Sequence record: NC_061442.1
DNA: 64,000 nt
Direction: 5' to 3' (one strand)
Shown: positions 53,862 to 61,919 of the stretch, piece by piece
How positions within the stretch are numbered: position 1 is the stretch's first letter
Layout of the letters: each line of letters opens with the position of its first letter
Position numbers and translations under genes: made by a program
The notes under the pieces: generated by a model
Database searches by the model: none
The model's input: the letters and a program-made list of their open reading frames with translations, nothing else
Told to the model about the DNA's origin: nothing

Positions 53862-55541
53862 TCACTGGAGTTTGCTGGCTATTTTCAGATACTCACTATT
53901 TACAGTTTCTACATCAGTGAAACCCTTCTTAGCGGTCACATCGCGCCTCAATCCCCCCATACGCAAACCATTCTCCCAGAGTCGCATGAACAACAAGCTA
54001 TTAAGAGTAGGTTGCATGAAGGGTTTTTCTTTCAACGCAACGTCACCTGTATACTCCGTCAAGAGTATCGCACCATCAAACTCGGCACTGCACCATTCAG
54101 CCTCCGCCAAGATTTTTAACAGGTTATGATTTTCCATGCCCTGTATCAAATGACTAAGCACTGTATATTGATCCCGCTTAAAGCGGTGTGCAGGGACCTG
54201 ATGTGAGCAGCCAGAATCATTCTTAAAATAGTAGGCACCGTTGCGGGAGTATGATGCGTCCCTAATTCGTTCGCAAAGTTCACTAACGACCTCAGACGCA
54301 GGCTTGAACATAGCCTTCCACTTATCCCAGATAAAGCCAACATGCTGGTGCATTTCTTTCTCGGTCATCCGAAGTTTCTTAACCGCATTGACCACTTTCG
54401 TGTCATTCAACAATTGTCGATAGATATCTGTCGCCATCGGCTTTTGTTGTTCGTTGTCCGTACGATTTTCGAAAGACTGTTTAAAATATTTCTGATTACT
54501 CCACCCGCTGTATATCCCCCCGTAGTTAAGGGTCTTCGCTGTACTTCGCGTTATCTTCAACTGACGTGCGACTTTATCATGATTGAGATTCTCCAGCTCA
54601 GGACAATCCAAACCGTGCGTTGCCATAAGGTCCAATAGCAGAACCATTTGGGCATTAGGCATATCGAAGTTACGTCCATACGAATGATCGAAACATAGCA
54701 GCTTTACCAGCTTAGGTAAAGCTGCGGTTGTGCCGAACAAACGCGAGCCGACGTGGTTCATCGTATACTCGTCGTAAAACTCAACCAGTCTATCATTAGG
54801 ATTATCGTTAACCAAACGGAACCCGAAACGACAAATCTTTTTCAAGAATGAGTTAAGACGTAGGTGCAGTTTCTTCCGTCGATTAGTCTTGGTGTTGTGC
54901 ATGATATCCAAGAATCGATCGAGGTAGAAACGATACGGACGTTGATTAGCCTGCGCCTTGTTTATCAAGTCGATAACCTCACCGCAATATGCCCTACGAT
55001 TCTCGAAGTTATGAGGACGTATGAACGAGCGGGATTTTATCTCAGAGCAGAACGAAGACTCGACCAAATCTTCCTCGTTCTTATACAACGCTCGCCTGCG
55101 AGCAGGCTTCATGAGATTATACATAGGTTCATCGAGCGTTATCAGCTCACAGAAAATGTCCGTGAACGTTTTGTTGAGCGTATATTTTCTGGCGATTCCT
55201 TTTATGTAGTCGTAACGAGTATGATCGACCTTTCGGCTCAACCATGAAGCCACGGAGTATTCTTTGTGGTACACCATGGCATATCGCATCTTTTCGTGCT
55301 GACGCATGTAGGTGTGAGTCACTACCGTCTCGTTATAAACGTTTCGGCGCTCCATGACATTGGATTTATCGAGAAGGTGCATGAAAAACCACGCCAAACT
55401 CTCGTAAAACTTATCAGATTTTGCTTTAGGTGGCTTTGGGCAAGAATAGATCGTATCCCAGAAGAACTTATGGGCCGATTTCTGCACCGTGAACGCCCAT
55501 CCAGGCATCACGGCCTTCTTGCGGTACACAGGCTTTGCCAT
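53862..55541 (-). CDS. Minimal family-A-fold nucleotide polymerase (TV-Pol-like), no exonuclease domain
   Basis: Likely start ATG 55541 (SD GAGG). GSRLF, motif A FDMPNAQMVLL, motif B RSTAKTLNYGGIY, motif C EFDGAIL in correct order. Confidence 0.65.
   Translation of the reverse strand: MAKPVYRKKAVMPGWAFTVQKSAHKFFWDTIYSCPKPPKAKSDKFYESLAWFFMHLLDKSNVMERRNVYNETVVTHTYMRQHEKMRYAMVYHKEYSVASWLSRKVDHTRYDYIKGIARKYTLNKTFTDIFCELITLDEPMYNLMKPARRRALYKNEEDLVESSFCSEIKSRSFIRPHNFENRRAYCGEVIDLINKAQANQRPYRFYLDRFLDIMHNTKTNRRKKLHLRLNSFLKKICRFGFRLVNDNPNDRLVEFYDEYTMNHVGSRLFGTTAALPKLVKLLCFDHSYGRNFDMPNAQMVLLLDLMATHGLDCPELENLNHDKVARQLKITRSTAKTLNYGGIYSGWSNQKYFKQSFENRTDNEQQKPMATDIYRQLLNDTKVVNAVKKLRMTEKEMHQHVGFIWDKWKAMFKPASEVVSELCERIRDASYSRNGAYYFKNDSGCSHQVPAHRFKRDQYTVLSHLIQGMENHNLLKILAEAEWCSAEFDGAILLTEYTGDVALKEKPFMQPTLNSLLFMRLWENGLRMGGLRRDVTAKKGFTDVETVNSEYLKIASKLQ
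53897..53905 (-). promoter_or_regulatory. Phage promoter motif CTGTAAATA
   Basis: Inside the upstream gene end, 43 nt upstream of the TnpB-like start. Confidence 0.65.
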
Positions 55542-55870
55542 TTGGACCTCAAAACATACGTTTCGTGGCTGATCTTTACAGAATCCGCTCTTTTCTCGTG
55601 GTACGGAACTCAAATTGCATCATCAGATGGGTAGATAGGATATATCAGCATGTTCATGCAGCATGAGCGCACTATAGTCACAAGAAATCAGTAGCCCGAT
55701 TCCGAATCCCTGCTCCCAGGAGACATATCCCTAAAGTATAACCAGCTAAAAACAGCAAAAAAGCTAAACCGTCTTTAGACTGGTTATTTGGTGTCAATGC
55801 AGAGGATTCTGAATCCTCGTGAGAAGACACGCATACAGGGTGCACCAGGAGCGAATCTGTCGGAAGTCGG
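55542..55870. promoter_or_regulatory. Long intergenic control region / candidate origin
   Basis: Two GATTCNGAATC palindromes (55698, 55805), three phased AGC(T/A)AAA tracts (55744, 55754, 55762), promoter variant CTGTAAAGA at 55573-81. Confidence 0.4.
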
Positions 55871-56527
55871 TTACTTTTTGCGCGAAACGCGCTTACCGAG
55901 TTTTACGCCAATCTGCGTCATAACACGCTTCACAGTCTCTCCATCGTGCTCCTCAATAGCGTTTGCGAGTTTTTCGCCTTGCTCCCGAGAAAGCTCAGGC
56001 ATAATCAATTTCAGCATCTGCGAACGCATTTTTGCCGACTTCGATTTGCCTTTCGATACAGACACGCCCTCATTAGCAGATAACGCACTGCTAATAGCCT
56101 TTTGCACACGACGGTCGCCGAAGATATCGCCGAAGATATCACCGAACAGGTCCTTGAACGACATTCCGCCGCTCATGATATCATCCTTAGTGAAGCGAAC
56201 AGGCTGCCCCAGCGCATTCGTCTTTGTGCTGTGCGTCGATTCAACTTCATTCGTTGTACGCCCACCAGCACGGAAGTTCTCGTCAGGACGTGACGCTTTG
56301 CCTTCTGCGCCCGGCTTTGTGTTGCCGTTACGCAAATCTGGGTCTCCCTCAACAGCCTTATCAGGGTCGAACATGTCGTCCGCTGTTTCGCTCTGGTTTG
56401 GATCGAAAGGAATCTTACCTGTCAGCTTATTCGGGTCCGGCCAGCTATCTGGGATATCAGACGCCGGTTGAGGCTTGTTCGTCATATCGTTCACATCGCC
56501 GCTCAGGCTGATCTTAATGCGAGTCAT
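55871..56527 (-). CDS. Probable virion protein with IKISLSG leader
   Basis: 218 aa, SD AGGAG; disordered P/D-rich N-half, helical C-terminus. Confidence 0.55.
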   Translation of the reverse strand: MTRIKISLSGDVNDMTNKPQPASDIPDSWPDPNKLTGKIPFDPNQSETADDMFDPDKAVEGDPDLRNGNTKPGAEGKASRPDENFRAGGRTTNEVESTHSTKTNALGQPVRFTKDDIMSGGMSFKDLFGDIFGDIFGDRRVQKAISSALSANEGVSVSKGKSKSAKMRSQMLKLIMPELSREQGEKLANAIEEHDGETVKRVMTQIGVKLGKRVSRKK

Positions 56528-56535
56528 GGTTGCTC

Positions 56536-57642
56536 CTATCGAATTTTATTGCCTTTGAAAATGTTGTACGCAATCTCTTTGCGCTGAACAGGACGCGTGG
56601 TACATACCCATTCCCATTGTTCGTTCTTTGCGGTACGCTTCTTAGGTGCTTCCATCACTTTCAGCACATAATTCTTGAACGGTAGGACGAGAATGTCCTC
56701 CGGCTCAATAGCACCGCTACGCGCAGGAAGGACTACTGTGATGTTACCGACAGTCAACTCCTGATCGTAGTTCAACACGTTTGCTTCTTCGCTGATGTTG
56801 CCTTTAACGGCAGACACACCCAAATCGAAGATAATCGTAGCGTGGGTGAATGCTGCGACGTCCTTGATACGGACAATCACATGCTTGCCTCGCCATGGTT
56901 CCAGATTGGCTGCTGTCAGCTCTTGCTCAACGCCATTGACCACCAGCACAGGACGCGGGAATGCAGGCAGCATCTGATCGTTTAGACGTACCGAATAAGT
57001 CGCCTGCGTAAAGTATTTTGGAATAAGCTGATCGAAATCAACGTGTCCGTCTTTACGCACCTGCCTGAAAGTTGCAGGGCTGGTGGACTGATCGAGCGTG
57101 TATGCTGTCAGCACTTTTGCGTGATGGTGAGTCATAACGTTGTATACGAAGCCTGTGCTGATAAAGCCGGGCACAACGCCTTGACGGAAGCAGATACCGC
57201 AGTTCACAACGTTACCTGCATCCCATCCGTTTGAAACTTCTTCGTCACCGTTACCCATGAGGTCGGCAGCGTCCATTACTGCATTCATGCCATCGTCGAT
57301 ATCATCAAGGGATACTGTCTGGCGCCCACCGCCGAACATACCTTTTGACACCGTGCCTAGTTTAACTCCAGCATCCATTGCAGACGATTCGCGGCCGAGC
57401 GACTTCATGCCACCCACCTGCTCGTCAAAGATATCGTTGTCCACTTTGTTGCAGCTACAGGTCAGACCCATCTTCGCTTTCTTGAAGATGATTACATCGG
57501 TGGCATCAACCTGCAACGCCTGTTCAACTTTCGACTGCACAACCTTCTGAACTGAGTCGAGGCGTTGCTGGACACGGTCCGTTTCGTAGGTCTTATGGCG
57601 GTCGTATGAATTTCGAGGGCGTCCTCGTTCAATCCAGCTCAT
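56536..57642 (-). CDS. Probable head-closure/neck protein with Cys cluster
   Basis: CSC...CGICFRQG..PGF and C-terminal EPEDILVL...VLKV...WEW beta pattern; late-type motif upstream. Confidence 0.4.
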   Translation of the reverse strand: MSWIERGRPRNSYDRHKTYETDRVQQRLDSVQKVVQSKVEQALQVDATDVIIFKKAKMGLTCSCNKVDNDIFDEQVGGMKSLGRESSAMDAGVKLGTVSKGMFGGGRQTVSLDDIDDGMNAVMDAADLMGNGDEEVSNGWDAGNVVNCGICFRQGVVPGFISTGFVYNVMTHHHAKVLTAYTLDQSTSPATFRQVRKDGHVDFDQLIPKYFTQATYSVRLNDQMLPAFPRPVLVVNGVEQELTAANLEPWRGKHVIVRIKDVAAFTHATIIFDLGVSAVKGNISEEANVLNYDQELTVGNITVVLPARSGAIEPEDILVLPFKNYVLKVMEAPKKRTAKNEQWEWVCTTRPVQRKEIAYNIFKGNKIR

Positions 57643-57665
57643 AATCGTTCTCCTCTGTGTGCTTT

Positions 57666-57672
57666 AAATTAG
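57666..57672 (-). promoter_or_regulatory. Late-type promoter motif CTAATTT
   Basis: In divergent intergenic region, 24 nt upstream of start. Confidence 0.55.
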
Positions 57673-57740
57673 TGTACAAAATTTAGGACCTTCACCCTAG
57701 TAAATACTTATTTAGAGTACGTTAAAACACGGAGCCTTTT

Positions 57741-58289
57741 ATGCGTATTCTTTCAGGCGACCCGGGCAAAGTGAACTTCGCGTTGGCTGTTCAGGAGTTT
57801 AAAGACAGACGCATCACTGTGCTTGGGACGAGGATGTTTAAGAAACCCATCCAAAATCTTCATCTGGACATGCGGCAGCCCACCAAAGAGTTTTTGGCTG
57901 AACTCGAAGAAATGTGGAAGCTATATGGACCGTTCGACGCTATGTGTTTCGAACGCTTCCAGTCGCGTGGTCTTGGCGGTAACACCATTGAAGCAATTAG
58001 TCTGATGCTTGGTGTCATATCGTTCTTCGCGCTCAAAAAGAAATGCCCGCTTGATTTGATTACGGCGAGCCAGTGGAAGAACGCATTCAACCGCAGCATG
58101 GTGCTCAAGGACTATTACGAGCTTCACAATCTCAAGTCCAAGAAAAGCCGCAAAGCTATTCACGAATTTGATGCGTGTCTCATTGGCGCGTATACCTTCT
58201 ACCGACATTCAGGGATTAAACCATTTACTGGCTTCTCTCGCATCATTGATGTGTATGTGCCTAAATTCCTGGCGTCACCTGTACTGTGA
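57741..58289 (+). CDS. ruvC: RuvC-type Holliday junction resolvase
   Basis: ILSGDPGKVNFA, CFERFQ, ITASQWK, HEFDACLIG; SD GGAG. Confidence 0.85.
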   Translation: MRILSGDPGKVNFALAVQEFKDRRITVLGTRMFKKPIQNLHLDMRQPTKEFLAELEEMWKLYGPFDAMCFERFQSRGLGGNTIEAISLMLGVISFFALKKKCPLDLITASQWKNAFNRSMVLKDYYELHNLKSKKSRKAIHEFDACLIGAYTFYRHSGIKPFTGFSRIIDVYVPKFLASPVL

Positions 58290-58295
58290 GGGCAT

Positions 58296-58661
58296 ATGGA
58301 ACAAATTGAACTGTTACGTGTAGTGAAAGAGATCCTCAGCGAATACGGCAAAGTCGAGTTTCTGGCGCAAGGTCATGTTGGTGTGAACACCGAGCATCGT
58401 GCGACCTATGAAACGTTAATCACTGTGACCTCGGATAGCGACACAACTTTCCCTGAAGCAGATTTCCGCGCTAAGATTGCGGCGCAGATTGACGAGTATC
58501 GTGTGGTGGGATTCAAGCGCACCTACAACGAGCAGACCAGAGAGTTTGTGCTGCAACTGACCGACCCTATATTCACCTACCGTGACCCATTGGTGTGTCC
58601 AGCAAACGGTAAAACTTTGTATTCGGTTTCCGTAGGTTTCCCGTTCGTGTCCACCAATTAA
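58296..58661 (+). CDS. Hypothetical protein
   Basis: 121 aa, SD GAGG. Confidence 0.65.
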   Translation: MEQIELLRVVKEILSEYGKVEFLAQGHVGVNTEHRATYETLITVTSDSDTTFPEADFRAKIAAQIDEYRVVGFKRTYNEQTREFVLQLTDPIFTYRDPLVCPANGKTLYSVSVGFPFVSTN

Positions 58662-58662
58662 T

Positions 58663-58671
58663 CTGTAAATA
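58663..58671 (+). promoter_or_regulatory. Phage promoter motif CTGTAAATA
   Basis: The only plus-strand copy seen, upstream of a plus-strand gene. Confidence 0.7.
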
Positions 58672-58707
58672 TCCTTACTTGGTTAACGTGCGTGTGGGAT
58701 ATTGAAA

Positions 58708-59391
58708 ATGGCGAAGTTGAAGAAAGAACCAGCGGTCAAAGTCAAGAAGAAAAAGGCTTTGACGGCCAAAACAAAGAAAGAAAAAGCGAAAGCGATTCCT
58801 ATCAGTGTTGTGCAGGACACACGTCCTATCACCACTTGTCCTGAAATGGAAGAGAAGCCGCAGCCTTTCCTATTCCGTGGCCAGTGTCCAATTGTAACCT
58901 GCCAGTATTGCACACGCGAAACGCCGACAGGCTGCATGGCGCTTGACCGCAAAGAGTCGGCAGATCGTTCAATCTCCAACAAGGAGATACTCTATTATAA
59001 GAAAGGTCTCTTCCCTGAACTTAAAGAGATGGATCAGAAAACGCTGGACAATACGATTCGACGCGCACAGAATCGTACCCGTAATGCTATCTGTCTTACT
59101 ATGTTTATTGCCGGCATTGATGATTCTGATTGCGATCGCTCTTTCAAATATGTAGAGGGTCGTTCCAAACTCGTCGATCAGGTCCATAACTATCTGATTC
59201 AAACGTTCAACGATTACCGTCCGTGGATGCTCGCATACCTCGATGACGAGAAACGTTTTAGCGACATGGTTGGCAAAATAACCAACTCTGACTTTAATTT
59301 AGTTAACGCATTACGATTGACTCCTCGCAAGTATCAAACGTTCTGCCAGTCGCTACAAAATCTTAAACAATCTGGAGACTCTCATGAGTAA
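58708..59391 (+). CDS. Hypothetical protein with basic N-terminus and Cys cluster
   Basis: CPIVTCQYC...GC possible zinc site; likely start ATG 58708. Confidence 0.6.
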   Translation: MAKLKKEPAVKVKKKKALTAKTKKEKAKAIPISVVQDTRPITTCPEMEEKPQPFLFRGQCPIVTCQYCTRETPTGCMALDRKESADRSISNKEILYYKKGLFPELKEMDQKTLDNTIRRAQNRTRNAICLTMFIAGIDDSDCDRSFKYVEGRSKLVDQVHNYLIQTFNDYRPWMLAYLDDEKRFSDMVGKITNSDFNLVNALRLTPRKYQTFCQSLQNLKQSGDSHE

Positions 59392-61156
59392 CTTTATTTC
59401 TCTCGATCAGTATCGCGCCATTCTAAAGCGCAATATTCTGAAAGAGCCTCAGATGCTTGTCATTAATCAGACGCAGCCTCTGGGACAAATCTTCTTCCAA
59501 TGCCCTGGCGATAACTTTGCGATGAAAGATATCATCGTGCCTGCTTCGAAGAACGCAATCGATCTGACTCAGCAAGCTCCGCTGGAAAACCTGCTGGCAT
59601 GTAGCCAACTGAAAGCGCTACTGCAAACGCAACGTCTGGTACTGCTGAACCCTGAAGAAATGCCAACGCCGGGCGAAGGTATTCAACAACCTGAGTTGAC
59701 TACACCTCCTGTTGCTGGTGCAATCTCTGTTGACGGCAAGACTATCCCGAATGCAATCGTGATCGTCGAGCAGAACGGCAACGTGTGGACCGGCGCTTCT
59801 AACGGCAGCGGTGTGTTCACTGTGGACGTGTCTGGCCTTGAAGAAGGTGTGTTCTCTATCACTGTAACTGCTGATGGTTTCGTACCTGCACGTTACAACT
59901 TCACTGCCGGTGCGCAACCTCTGCAACCAATGCCTGCGCCTACCGTACACGCTGTCTTTAAAGAGACAACTGTGTCGGGAACCACTGTTGCGAATGCTAA
60001 TATCATCGTATCGGTGCAGAGCAAAGAGTTTACAGGTCAGGCTGATGATCAGGGTGCGTTTAGCATTAGCGTTGACCCACTGCCGTTTGACATTATTCAC
60101 CTGACGATCACTGCTGCTGGTTATCTGGATAACGTTGTCAATCACATGGTTGACTCTGTTCCTGGTCTGGCTCAGATTAACAGCGCACCGTTCCTGTCTA
60201 CTGCACTGGCGGGTAAGGCAAGTCCAGAAGCTGAAATCGAAATCATCATCACTGGCCAGTCCAATCAGTTCGTTACTGCTGCTGCAAACGGCGATTGGTC
60301 TGCTGTTGTTGGTGCGGTTAAAGGTGAAGTCTCTATTCGTGTGCTGGAGAAAGATGGCTACGACGAAGCGACTGCTACCATGCAGCCTACCAAACTGCCT
60401 GCTCCTGTACTGGCTGTCGATAACGCCGATAGCATCGGTGAGAATCAAACAGCATTCGGCGGTGCAATCACAGGCCTGAGTGCAGAAGCAAATGACGTAG
60501 CTGTGACTCTGACTGTTCAGGCTGGTCTGTACGAAGGTACTGTTGACCTTCAATCAAGCCACTGGTCTGTGACTGGTGTTGATGCAAAAGCTGGTGTGGG
60601 TTCTGTAGGTGTTGTTAACCTGACGTCGGCCTTCTATGAAGACGCATCGACTCAGTTCAACATTCTGGAAGAGTTCGCTCAACCTACGCTGCAACAGGCG
60701 CAGGATGGTCAAACTGCTGTGGTCGGTGACACTGTAGCTTCCGCTACTGTTAAGGTCACGATGGGTGGTGAGACTAAAACTGCTTCTTCAAATCCTCAGG
60801 GCGCGTTCTCTGTTGATGGCTTCACCAACGTTGTTCCTGGGACAATTCATATCGAACTGTCCCGCGCACAATACAAACCTGCTGCGTTCGATGTAACACT
60901 CGTCGTGCAGGCGTTGGGTCAATTGGACCATGAGCTGGCTGTCGGTGATGACACAGCTACTGGCCACGCTACACCAGGGTCTACGGTAACTCTGACTCAG
61001 GGTAGCATTTCTGGCGACGCTGTTGCGGATGCTTCTACTGGCGAATTTATTATCAGCCTGTCTGGTCCGCTTGTCGCAGACACTCAGGTAGAGCTGAAAG
61101 TAGAACATGCGAACTACGTTGACTACACTGAAACCTTAGCTGTTTCTAATCCTTAA
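59384..61156 (+). CDS. Ig-like repeat virion decoration protein (Hoc-like)
   Basis: N-terminal domain paralogous to next gene, then about 5 beta-sandwich repeats (G.T...A.V.V....A...G.F.V). Confidence 0.7.
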   Translation: MSNFISLDQYRAILKRNILKEPQMLVINQTQPLGQIFFQCPGDNFAMKDIIVPASKNAIDLTQQAPLENLLACSQLKALLQTQRLVLLNPEEMPTPGEGIQQPELTTPPVAGAISVDGKTIPNAIVIVEQNGNVWTGASNGSGVFTVDVSGLEEGVFSITVTADGFVPARYNFTAGAQPLQPMPAPTVHAVFKETTVSGTTVANANIIVSVQSKEFTGQADDQGAFSISVDPLPFDIIHLTITAAGYLDNVVNHMVDSVPGLAQINSAPFLSTALAGKASPEAEIEIIITGQSNQFVTAAANGDWSAVVGAVKGEVSIRVLEKDGYDEATATMQPTKLPAPVLAVDNADSIGENQTAFGGAITGLSAEANDVAVTLTVQAGLYEGTVDLQSSHWSVTGVDAKAGVGSVGVVNLTSAFYEDASTQFNILEEFAQPTLQQAQDGQTAVVGDTVASATVKVTMGGETKTASSNPQGAFSVDGFTNVVPGTIHIELSRAQYKPAAFDVTLVVQALGQLDHELAVGDDTATGHATPGSTVTLTQGSISGDAVADASTGEFIISLSGPLVADTQVELKVEHANYVDYTETLAVSNP

Positions 61157-61164
61157 TCTTACCT

Positions 61165-61185
61165 AAGGGGCTTCGGCCCCTTGTT
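61165..61185 (+). terminator. Intrinsic terminator
   Basis: AAGGGGC-UUCG-GCCCCUU-GUU. Confidence 0.75.
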
Positions 61186-61208
61186 GAAATACAATTCGGA
61201 GAATTACC

Positions 61209-61862
61209 ATGTCAGATAAAGCAAGCACTAAGGTTCAACCTATCACGTTGACCGCATACAACGAAAAGTATGGCAACGATGTTACAGCACCGATGTATGT
61301 CGCTAACCGCACTGAGCCGCGCGGCAACGTAATGTTCAGCGCACAGGACGACATGGGACAGCCAGTTCCAGTTCTGGTGCCGGCAACATTCATCCCTGTC
61401 GACCTGACCCAGCAGGCTACCAAAGAGAGCCTGTTGAAATCTACTCACCTGCGCCGTGCGTTGAATCGTAACCAGCTGGTAATCATCGACACTGAAAGCG
61501 CAGAGCACTACCTGCGTACCAGTGCTATGGCTAAGTCCGAGATGAAGAACCTCAACAGAATGGGCAGCGCTATCGCAGCCGAGCTGGGCGAAGAAGGCGG
61601 TGACCTGGCGCAGATCGATCTGGGCGGTAACAATCGTCGTCACGTTCAATTCGAAGGCGGTACTCAGTATTCTGAAAACCAATTCGTCAACGCATTCATT
61701 GTTCGTGCTGCGGAAGACAGCGAAGAATCTGATGACAACCTGCAGCGTGAATTCCTGTCTCGCGGTATTAATCTGCCTGCGTCAGAGCTGCAAATCCTGC
61801 GCAAACACGTTACTCGTCCGGCAATCGTTGAACTGATCGTTCAGGCACTTGACGACGCGTAA
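61209..61862 (+). CDS. Probable virion protein sharing N-terminal domain with the Ig-like protein
   Basis: NRTEPRGNVMF...VPAT..PVDLTQQA...LL..L versus NQTQPLGQIFF...VPAS..AIDLTQQA...LL..L. Confidence 0.6.
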   Translation: MSDKASTKVQPITLTAYNEKYGNDVTAPMYVANRTEPRGNVMFSAQDDMGQPVPVLVPATFIPVDLTQQATKESLLKSTHLRRALNRNQLVIIDTESAEHYLRTSAMAKSEMKNLNRMGSAIAAELGEEGGDLAQIDLGGNNRRHVQFEGGTQYSENQFVNAFIVRAAEDSEESDDNLQREFLSRGINLPASELQILRKHVTRPAIVELIVQALDDA

Positions 61863-61878
61863 TCGAAAGCTACAGACC

Positions 61879-61918
61879 AAAAAAAAATGGGAGGCCCCGA
61901 AAGGAGTCTCCCATTTTT
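61879..61918. terminator. Bidirectional intrinsic terminator between convergent genes
   Basis: A9-UGGGAGGCCCC-GAAA-GGAGUCUCCCA-U5. Confidence 0.8.
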
Positions 61919-61919
61919 G

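Noticed and set aside
55542-55613. ORF-track upstream starts (55613; also 5207, 8940, 25158, 36390, 40520, 42230, 46776, 52762)
   Set aside because: They run through terminators, promoters or upstream genes; downstream starts have well-spaced SD sequences.
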